This document shows positions 12,701-21,000 of a stretch of DNA of 64,000 bases, piece after piece. The stretch comes from Sporopachydermia quercuum (Eukaryota): assembly GCA_001599295.1 (NCBI GenBank), contig BCGN01000001.1:248001-312000 (forward strand), read 5' to 3'. A program made the position numbers and the translations under genes. How positions within the stretch are numbered: position 1 is the stretch's first letter; every line of letters starts with the position of its first letter. A model generated the notes under the pieces. That model was not told where the DNA came from and did no database searches. It worked only from the letters and a program-made list of their open reading frames with translations.

Positions 12701-14817
12701 CCGAAAACCCCTAAGGAGGTTTTATCCGATTGTCCTAAGTGGATGTAAGTTTTCAAGAAGTGCATACAATCACATAATAATTGAATGTTCTCTTGATGGG
12801 CAGCCACAGAAAACACTCGAGTGATTACAGAAAAAATATCATTGCCTCGGATGAGACTTCCTAAAGTGGATATTAGTTCCACCGCTTCGGTATTAGTTTC
12901 TGTTTCAGCTAAACTACGTGAGGCTGTTTGGATAGCTGCCGAAATTGTTCTCACTAACTGGAAATTGTTGCCCTGATTTGCATAAGGAGAACCCTGAAGA
13001 CTATGAACATTTTCAGCTATTATTTTACCTAAAACAGCATATCCGTTATAAGGTAGAATCCAAGCCACGGTGGCAGAGTCATTAGGTCCGTACTCAAGTA
13101 CCACACCTGGGGTTCCAGCGGGTAACACAATTGGAGCAGAAATAGTATGGGATAACCCGATTCTGGTATTGGAAGAACTCGGAATCCAATCCTGAAGTAA
13201 CACTAGTCCCTCATCAGCATTTAATGCCGTATACTGTCGTAAGACTTCCGATGACATACAAACGGCATAGTTCCGAGCCTGCCCCAATTCAGCTAATGCT
13301 ACAGCACCGTTGGCAGCCATGATAGGAAGAATTTCATCTAGTTCAGCAGGGAATTGAAGCTTAGCCTGTTGAAACCGGAACCTTATCACGGGCTCGCTTA
13401 TCAGCTCTAAAGAGGGAATATTCGGCATATGCTTCATAAGTAAATGGAATACCTGGGATATTTGTTCTGATAACGGATAAAATAATAAGAAAGCTTGTAA
13501 AAGCTCAAGCAATGCCCTCGAAACGTATGAGAATCCAGCAAGGTCTTTTGACAAGCAATGAAAATGACGAAATACCGAACCAAATATATCACAGTTAGAT
13601 AAATTGGATTCAATTTGTGAAGCCAATGAAAGCTCGTCAAACGGAGGGTTTATTGGTCGTCTTGCTTTCAATAAAAGCATCCATGCCAACTGTAAGATAG
13701 CATCGCATCTTGGAGAGTTGACAGTATCTTTAATAACTGAAATAAGTTCCGTGCTGGAAAGCCATGGAGCGGAAGGAGCAGGAAACGTCGGATCGGAAGA
13801 TTCAGATAAGGTTTCAAATATGCCATCAAAAGGAAGAAGGCTTGGGATCCGGAAGAATGCGAGAGACACAATCAGGCTATAGAAATGGACCGAGTTAATG
13901 GAATTTCCAGGATCATAAGCAGTTAAAAAGGCAAAGAATTCTGTGGACTTCATTAACTGAAACCATTGCATTAGTGCTTTGGTGGGACAGACATCGAAAC
14001 TGAAAGCAAATCCACATAATAACTTCAGGAGATCTGTTAAATAAAGGAAGTTTTGATGGAAAATGTAGGAATCTAATTCGGATGAGCCGAAGCCTGAATC
14101 NATTTCGGTGGTTAGCCTAGAAGAGAGTGATTCTATAACCCCAATCAACTCTTCAAGCTTTTCTGGGGATGCTTTCAATTCCGAAATATGTTCTGTAGCT
14201 AGGTTCTGTTTACCGAAGAATGAAAATCTCGGCAGATCTTCTTCTGCTTCCGAAGTGACGTTCAATCGGAGTAAATCGGAAGCAGAAGTAAACCACATTT
14301 CTTCCGAAAATACATCATCCTTTCCGTCTTGCATATAATCTATCAACAATAAAGTGCTAACAACACCTAATAGTTTCCGTTTCTCTTCAAGTACTCGAGC
14401 GCAAACATCTTTCAGACTAACAGAAATGTCTCCGGCAACTAAGCTCGGTTTTGAATTGGAATTCCGAGGATCTTTCTGTTTTACCGAAGCCGATTTCATT
14501 CCGAGCTCGGAACAAATCTGAAATATTATGCGAAGCACATGATGAACATCAATATCTAGCTTCTCACCAACTGTTCTTGCCAATGTCTTCATATCCTCAG
14601 TTATTGGCTCATAGGTTACAGTTCCAATGATCAATTTATCATCATGTAAACTCGTTTCCAGTCCTGGTTTCTTTAATCCACCAGTAATATTAACTAACAA
14701 TGGATGTAACTCGTTAAGAAATACAGGGACAGAAGCTGGTAATCGAGTAGCTTTGGTATAGCGAAGCCCTTGGAAAAGCTCTGAAAAGCTCCAAAGTTGT
14801 GAGCTCAATTCAACCAT
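9706..14817 (-). CDS. NUP188: Nucleoporin Nup188 (inner-ring scaffold)
   Basis: About 1700 aa helical protein; first in-frame ATG at 14817 (MVELSSQLWSF). Segments QFPAELDEILPI and WILPYNGYAVLG resemble the Nup188 family. Location beside PPA2/PRP24 fits NUP188 lying in the WGD sister region in S. cerevisiae. Confidence 0.75.
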   Translation of the reverse strand: MVELSSQLWSFSELFQGLRYTKATRLPASVPVFLNELHPLLVNITGGLKKPGLETSLHDDKLIIGTVTYEPITEDMKTLARTVGEKLDIDVHHVLRIIFQICSELGMKSASVKQKDPRNSNSKPSLVAGDISVSLKDVCARVLEEKRKLLGVVSTLLLIDYMQDGKDDVFSEEMWFTSASDLLRLNVTSEAEEDLPRFSFFGKQNLATEHISELKASPEKLEELIGVIESLSSRLTTEXDSGFGSSELDSYIFHQNFLYLTDLLKLLCGFAFSFDVCPTKALMQWFQLMKSTEFFAFLTAYDPGNSINSVHFYSLIVSLAFFRIPSLLPFDGIFETLSESSDPTFPAPSAPWLSSTELISVIKDTVNSPRCDAILQLAWMLLLKARRPINPPFDELSLASQIESNLSNCDIFGSVFRHFHCLSKDLAGFSYVSRALLELLQAFLLFYPLSEQISQVFHLLMKHMPNIPSLELISEPVIRFRFQQAKLQFPAELDEILPIMAANGAVALAELGQARNYAVCMSSEVLRQYTALNADEGLVLLQDWIPSSSNTRIGLSHTISAPIVLPAGTPGVVLEYGPNDSATVAWILPYNGYAVLGKIIAENVHSLQGSPYANQGNNFQLVRTISAAIQTASRSLAETETNTEAVELISTLGSLIRGNDIFSVITRVFSVAAHQENIQLLCDCMHFLKTYIHLGQSDKTSLGVFGYLSRSGIFPGNGAVGIAEVIFRSREMAEADFAFTESLLDLCDALVDSCIRTWYAVLRGEEERYNLIVREDLAGQFVGQVLRMLEGFSYWRVEAKGKYYRKLRVGCRMIKVLRKVLHVSYGTDAENAYKMERVRILAGAGDDIVSAFVGPKASDITCLSAILVPIDSGAELWFAHPDSSDNLGIWSRLWLQSCLRLSTALIRTRPIPIESPMISELFARPRELIGLYIKYPELRXAVANLFSALVTAEYTSGSGLETPSLLAHLKAEAQVFVAQLIITIRNDLCDYKVKSCVCRFFSSLFQGQQQGLVMKLLRGNSDSGFIGALVNSASRLSQYPSDYKLELLSAIAVTSTEINTTEDDFITELLKIISESQAEAKDTVVFGVKDTVDIEKAVNGSYRHLVAGKAMEILALTLRKRSKKNSSQKELIIKNFLGEENSLLSDYSRQFLSELPAEKEIGIEKELGSFLQIPLPMLTSSRLLWPRYNARYSSFIELLDIIFMLDSEQDRQWHDKFRELAVKRNLNKLQRHANDCLGQSWICFVIALVLTVGKTSPESSPVVLRSLESVAQIALRSEQPEGLNLAFLVYYTFLRQGITINGEEAFNKVAQLLIQHRGSAGSEQTARLFDSSFYRPLIRIVLLLLNYFQESERKPGFPAGISASLLSVLDIFLCRLVRHLIGHSADQTHHLLGLQEDLKQVSAIINLVLKLNPSREFQLQLTSVIQKSETDVALLEFIFNCVPEPPMTEPLETEAEAEAERERELRVECTEAVFRIISELVQAEPLVESFLTKNLFFLLVTAPICLQIRQSTEILSSSSSGIHKCWAKGVLPIVLTMVEHFGTRITAEVTIFLKFYARHIRDVFRFWSTKSLATSVITYTSTEELVQLIVLFEVLRNGHENRKYDGKQATEVEMVLAMYLDSQEVKITTGSGSNQSYRALILNNVNFLINRPTRLAECVKAVSKEERLIMAQYCKSQEINALVETVMKELILVKDVLVAGKNN

Positions 14818-15642
14818 TGTATTTATAACGTTCCTTTCAGCATATAACAAGTATATTATACTATGTTATCGCTTACTTAATAGTCTGATACGTCTCTTGG
14901 TTGATCTTTCAGTAAACCTAGAATAAATGATTATAGTGGTGATGATCATAATGTGGACCATGTACCTGATCCCATTATAAACAAACAAAAAGTTTGTTTT
15001 GGCACGAAAAACGAAGTGTCCCATATGAGGGTAAACTTTCCAGTTGGAATGAACTAAATAATTGAATATGTAATCAATAAAAGGAGGGTAACATCGAAGC
15101 CATCAGTAGCCAACCGTTCGTTTTTCAGTGCGAGTCATTTGAAAGTGAAAAAGAACAAATTGTGGAAGGTTCCTAATCTCTTCATTCTTTTGTTCAGTTC
15201 TCAACAGTATTAATGTCAAGCATTCGAATTCGTACCTATAGGCTGGTGGGGTGAGTTAATTTGGGGAATGGGTGTTTGTTCCTATAATACTTCTACTTAT
15301 TGATAATGTAAGCTGGAACACTACTGTATTAAATGAACGTGGCCCAGTTGACAAATGNAGTTTGACCCGGATCAACAAGAGAATAGACAATTGAGTAAAA
15401 TTAATTACTGCAATGAAATACCAAATGAACTGAATTTTTTTTGATTATAATAATTCATAACATATTGAGCATATCGTACTATGTGTACAGTTTGTATATA
15501 TGTCTATAGCGTTGTACTTCTATTTCATTCTTCAAATGCAGAATTGCATACATTCTAAATTAATGACCCAAATAACACATCCATCATTAACTCATTCTAG
15601 TTTCTAATTCATTCATCCTTTTAATAATTCAAACCACAAAAC

Positions 15643-16590
15643 TCAAACAAAATACCATTTATCAACACTAGAATCAATTGGTTCATCTGGAAGTTGTTGC
15701 TCATAATTTACCTTTGATATATCTGCTGACACCTTTGTGTAGCCACAAGAAGAAGCCAACTCTAAACCAGAGGATAACTTTGTATCCACTTTTCCTCTGA
15801 CAAGCTCTTTCCATGATTCATGACACTCTTCTACCACTTTTAGGCCATAATCTGCATCTTTGAACTCTCCGTTAAATGCAAACTCATTCTTTGGTTTGCC
15901 ATCAGGCAATTTGTATCGAGTAAACCAATCTCTGGTAGCATCAAGTAACCCAGGAAATACTTGCTCAACTTGATGAATATTAGAAACCTTCTCAGCTAGA
16001 GGGTCAGTTACATCTATCGCAATTATCTTCCAATCAGTTTCACCCTCATCGATTAATGCAATCACTCCCAAAACTTTCACTTGTTTAATTTCTCCTACTT
16101 TACCTATTCTACAACCAATCTCACACACATCAATCGGATCATTATCACCGGGAAACCCTGTACCTTGTGCTGGGTATAAAGGTGACTCCCATGTCTGGGG
16201 TAGTGCCCCATAGTTGTGTATGTATCCTTTATGGGGGAATATATTCTTAACGAATCGTAGTTTTCCTTTCTTCCTGTCCTGAGTTATAGGATTTAGTAAA
16301 CTTTCTTTATTGATTTCTAGCTTTGCATTGCTCCACCTTGGAATTTCCACAACCATATTAAAAATATTATTGTTCGAGTCTGAATAAAGAGGAACGTCGT
16401 GCCAGAATGAAATCGGTCTTTTACTTTCTTCGCAGTATACTTTATAACCCAAGGTATGTTTAGCACCAGATTGATGGCTTGAAAAGTACCTTCTTGCTAG
16501 TTGGTTTCTACTGAAGAGAGGGACTAATCTCATTAGTCGTTCAATAGGTTGCGACATGCCTCTTGATTTTCTGTTAGAAACGCCGCTCAT
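15643..16590 (-). CDS. PPA2: Mitochondrial inorganic pyrophosphatase
   Basis: SFWHDVPL, VVEIPRWSNAKLEI, NYGALPQTWE, GDNDPIDV, IDEGETDWK. Arg/Ser-rich presequence (MRLVPLFSRNQLARRYFSS). Alternative in-frame ATGs at 16557 and 16533. Adjacent to RSN1 as in S. cerevisiae. Confidence 0.9.
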   Translation of the reverse strand: MSGVSNRKSRGMSQPIERLMRLVPLFSRNQLARRYFSSHQSGAKHTLGYKVYCEESKRPISFWHDVPLYSDSNNNIFNMVVEIPRWSNAKLEINKESLLNPITQDRKKGKLRFVKNIFPHKGYIHNYGALPQTWESPLYPAQGTGFPGDNDPIDVCEIGCRIGKVGEIKQVKVLGVIALIDEGETDWKIIAIDVTDPLAEKVSNIHQVEQVFPGLLDATRDWFTRYKLPDGKPKNEFAFNGEFKDADYGLKVVEECHESWKELVRGKVDTKLSSGLELASSCGYTKVSADISKVNYEQQLPDEPIDSSVDKWYFV

Positions 16591-16951
16591 TTTCAGTGAA
16601 TCAATAAAATATCTATTGATGTAATAGTATATAGTATACCATATTATGTAATAAGTTCAAGTTTCTAGGAAGTAACCATTCAACACCATGGCTCAATGCA
16701 ATAAGATACATACTGGCTGTGAATGTGTAGAAAGAGAAGAAAGCAAGCTTTTACTTAGCAATGCAGTTAATGTCTGAAAGAAAAGTAACAATATTAAACA
16801 CGAAAACAGGTTAACCTGGGGTAAGTTCAGATTGTCTTCTATCATCGGAAACTTCGTTATACCACCTATAATGGGTGGGGTCAAATTGGAGAAGGAAGGA
16901 ACAAGCCGAGACTTAATCCGTTCGGCACTTACGCAAAATTACATAAAATAT

Positions 16952-16963
16952 CATCACGTGATG
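16952..16963. promoter_or_regulatory. Palindromic E-box CATCACGTGATG (Cbf1-type bHLH site)
   Basis: Perfect 12-bp palindrome between the PPA2 start and the structured-RNA candidate. Confidence 0.5.
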
Positions 16964-16989
16964 TGTATGTACATTCTAGGTTAGTAAAG

Positions 16990-18115
16990 ATTTTGAGAGA
17001 AAGGTTATTCGTTGACCATGCACCTTTCATCACAAATAATCATTTTGAAGGGAAAAGTGAACGCTTGTGGCTCTCCAAAAGCAGATCTTATTCATTATTC
17101 GATTAATGTTTTAGATAATTGTGGCTTTTAATGATACTCCAAAAGAGTTGGTATTTTACCTAGCACCGGCTCCGAGTTTGTTATATTAGGGTTGCAAACT
17201 CTCCTTTTAGTCAACAAAATCTCAGTTGAGATATGAACTATTGACTGACTTGTTTGATAATTATTGAAACCACGTTCGTCTCACTCTGAAAAGAGAGGGA
17301 CTCTCTCTTGCAATTGATTGTCACATTGAATATGTCGGTTTGTTTGTCAAGAGAAAAGAAAGCTCAACTTAAGAAGGCAAAGTACACACCTATTTCTTAC
17401 TGACATCCCGAATGGGATATGCTAGATTAGGTGTGGAACCTAATCTAACAAGGGCTTAACTCTAATATCTAATCAAAGTTCTTGATATTTGTTGCAACTC
17501 TCAACCACACACAATACAATTGAAATCAGTGGTCTACATTCTCCGCTATTGTCGGTAATAAACTTCCTTAAATTTTTTTTATTTTTAAAATTGATATAAA
17601 AAAGAAAAACAATTCTCGTATATGATAAAGAAATTTAGTCATCAGAGTCAGTTTCAAAATTTCTTCGTTCCTCCAACCATGATAGTTAAGCCTCAAACTT
17701 AATTTTAAAATAGATTGGAAGCCTTTCTTTGAAAAGTCTTATTTCAGTTGGTATTCTACTTTTGCTTACTTGAAAAATCTGGGTTTCTTTGAGCGAGCTC
17801 TTCTATTTGATTTACAGGATAGATTTCCATCCAACCTGGCTTTGTTTGAACAGCATTCAGTTTGGCCTGAAGGTTATCACGCTAGGATATTGGTTCACCG
17901 AAAACAAACTAAAAATGGAGTCAATTAAGCTTTGTTACCTTAATTGTGAACTCAACTTTAATTATTAGACTACGTTCAAACTCGATGCTCAAGAAAAAAG
18001 ACACAGAGAATCAAATATTCAAGTAAACTCTCAGCATCTCAAGGCATACTATCATATGATTAGTTGATTCATTGCCTACATTGAACGAAATTGAATCAAA
18101 CAGACATTTTGATTA
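16990..18115 (+). ncRNA. Large structured non-coding RNA candidate (~1.1 kb); telomerase RNA is the leading hypothesis
   Basis: No ORF of 60 aa or more. More than 15 mutually compatible helices seen by eye, e.g. 17423-17432/17438-17447, 17174-17180/17195-17201, 17304-17310/17348-17354, 17679-17686/18048-18055, 17766-17774/18018-18026, 17784-17794/17987-17996. G-U pairs favour the + strand. Ends are approximate and identity is unproven. Confidence 0.55.
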
Positions 18116-18325
18116 AGAAAAAATCTATAACATAAAAGTAGACTATAGTAACTGGTCTTGAAGCAGAAAGGAAAGAAAATAAAACATAACTTGTACTTCT
18201 TTCTATTGATTCTAGTGTTAGAGGATATATAATGAATTCTAAACGAATATAAGAATGTTCAAAAAAAGTTTGGAACGAAAACAGAAAAAAAAGCCCCTAT
18301 ATTAAAAGAATAAAATCTCAAACAT

Positions 18326-21000
18326 TTACTCTGGAGGAGCTTCAGTCCATACAATATTCCCTTTAGGATCAAATTCAGCACCTTCATCAGTCATCTCTAT
18401 AACATCTTTGGCTTTCTCAATTTCTTGCTTGGAAAATCCCATAGGATCAGCAGGAATCCATAAATGTGGTGCATCAGCTGTCACGTCAGGATAATCATAG
18501 AAATGTTTCTCCTCCTCCTCAGAGTAAACTTTTTCAAACTGGTATGACTCCGGTATTAACTTCAGCACTTCACTATAGCTCAAATAAATATGCGGTTTGA
18601 AAAATCTAACAAAGAAATTAGCAGGGGGGACAGGTTGACCATCAGCTCCACCGGGAGAAGGCAAGAATGATCCCCTCTTTTCTTCACTTTCTTTAGACAA
18701 ATCATCCAAAGGAATATCATCGTCAGCGAGTCCATCTGACGTGGCAAATGCATCATTATCAACTGATTTAGCTTGTAATGCCTCCCCTTGTTTCTTTTGT
18801 TGTAGCAGGGATGTTGTGCTAGGCTTTCTGCATCTGTCTCTCAAGATGCTCTTAGGAAGACAGTAAATCAAAGGGTCCATTGCTTGTTGAAGACTTACTT
18901 GGAAAAATACAGTAAATCCTAAAAAGATAGCTTGCAAAACAAGAGGACCCCATGCTTTAGAAACAGCATATAATCCAATGAGGCAAAGTTGTGATAAATA
19001 AAGACCAGTGAAAGTCTGATAAATAGCTCTTGGGTAAAAGCGACCTCTGGCATCAAGACTGAAGTCGTTAACAAATGTTAACTGATACAAGTATGCAAGA
19101 TATAGAATGAAAAACCCAACGGCCGCGAATACAAGAATCAGAGGTGAAATCAAAGAGTAGGAAAGAGTGATGACAAATAAATTGGTATAGACAGGAAAAA
19201 GTGTACCATAATTATAACTACCCAATGATGTGAATCTAGTGTATTGTTTTCTGGGAGTGGAATCCAACAACTTGCCCAGAATATAATAAAGAATGAGACC
19301 AACAATTTGAAGTAACAAACCTCCAGACACAGAGAATGCTTGCAGTAAGATATATGCAATAAAGAAATTGGAAGCCTTGGGCAAGTTCTCTGAAAGCACA
19401 CTCAGGACGGAAGTTGGATTTTCAATGATCTGAGTCACCACTGAAGTTGCAGCCGATGATATAGTAGTGATTAAAAATACCTGAACCACTTGGAATGCAA
19501 AATAAGAATTTTGAACATAGTACTGTACTAAAACTTCGGAAGGAGCACCACTAATGATAGCAAAGTTTCTTAAAAAGACAGGTAACAACATCATCAAAAC
19601 TGCTAATAAGACGGTAGGTAATAAGGAAGTAATCAGACCTAAAAGAGCATCAGGTAGATTGTAGATGAATTCAAGCCATGGAAGCTTGTTGGTAAGATAA
19701 GTTAAATTGGAAATAGCACCCACAAATGCAACAGGAATAGCCCACAAGATAACTAATGCTGCAACTGCAGCTGCTCCCATAATATTTCTAACTAATCTTT
19801 CTGACCATAACATTCTTAGATTGGGCCAGAAAATACTTTCTGGGGCAATACCGACAAATCTAGGCGACATATGTAACGCTTTATGAAAAGCCAATGTTGT
19901 AAGTGCCAATTCAGCCTGTTCTTGAGTCTCAAAGGCAACAAAAACAGAGTTATAGGACCGTGCTTCGTCAGCACTTGCTTGCATATCTTTAATCTCCTTA
20001 TCTAGCTCATCTATTTTCTCTAAACAATAGTTGATGGTATCAACCTTGGTACCAAATACTGGAAATAGTCTATGAGTGGGTCGTTTCTTTTCAGGCACAT
20101 AAAATACAATCTCATCAGAGGGTTCGATTGGCGTTCCTTTTTTCTCAGCCTTAAGCTTTGCCTTTACTGCTAGCTTCAACAGTTTTGTTTCAGCAGCTTC
20201 TAGCTTCATGGAAAGTTTGAAACGTTCTTTGACCTTCTTCGCAAGGCCTCTCTGACTTCTTGCAATCCAAACGTGTTTCACACCGTCAAATAGAGCTTTC
20301 ATGCTTTTTTCATTGCGGTACTCTTCAGGAACTGTTTGTATGAGCACAGTTCTGCAACTAAGATCACTGGAGTAAGCAGGTGCTGTTAAAGCAGCTTGAC
20401 GGAAAGAAGTGAAGAAAATCAATTCTCGATACAATACGAATAAAACAATTCCATAGAAAATCCATCCGAGAAATACGTTAGCGTAATAGCGCTTTGGGTT
20501 AACAATATTGGAGAATGTCAATATATTGAGACCCTTCTGTCCTGCACCTCCTGTGGCATTTACTGGTAACATGATGGGAAATAGCAAAACGACTCCCAGA
20601 GCCGACAACCCTGTTATAACTTTCAAGTATCGAAGGAAAAAATATCCATCAATGCCAGCTTGTTTCAAAACAACGGTTTCGCTCCGTAATAGTAAACTCT
20701 TTACCCATAATATTGGATTAGACGATATATGTTCTGGTTTAATACTAAACAAAATCGGTTAGTAATTGCTCCGTTGATATCATTGACAGATCATTCTGCA
20801 GCGAACTTCGGATCAAAAAAATTAAAGAAAACTTACTCCGATGGAATTGAGTCAAGAATAGTTCTCGGTTCATAAGTTCTTCTATACTTCAGTCTGAAGA
20901 CCAAGAACAGACTGGTGAACACTAAAAAGATGACCCCGTTAACAATCAAAGCAGTAAGAAACTGCTGTGTTGATGTTCCTGTTTGATTTACGTCAGCCAT
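18326..21000 (-). CDS. RSN1: CSC1/OSCA/TMEM63-family membrane channel (Rsn1/Phm7-like), 2 exons
   Basis: GIDGYFFLRYL, PVNATGG, RTVLIQTVP, PESIFWPNL, FAFQVVQVFL, NLPKASNFF, GRFYPRA. Exon 1 21000-20837, intron 20836-20745 (GTAAGT...TACTAAC...TAG), exon 2 20744-18326, frame consistent. Symbol chosen from adjacency to PPA2. Confidence 0.88.

Noticed and set aside
11998..14101. 'n' bases in NUP188 (and elsewhere) as gene lesions
   Set aside because: Single ambiguous bases that keep the frame; probably heterozygous or low-quality calls.
3676..14338. Antisense and nested ORFs inside PRP24, the reductase and NUP188
   Set aside because: Shadows of long coding frames with no independent motifs.
16952..16963. 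CACGTG motifs as CDEI of a point centromere (also 48096 and 55488)
   Set aside because: No following very AT-rich CDEII plus CDEIII; all lie in promoters.
17186..17193. TTAGGGTT as a minus-strand AACCCTAA telomerase template
   Set aside because: The same 8-mer occurs elsewhere (about 23602 and 36404), and G-U pairing points to a + strand RNA.
17355..17460. GAAAGCTC...ACAAGGGCTTA resembling RNase MRP CR-I/CR-V
   Set aside because: Only about 90 nt apart, lacks the GAAAGUC(U/C)CC consensus and P1-P3 context; better explained as the junction-closing stem.
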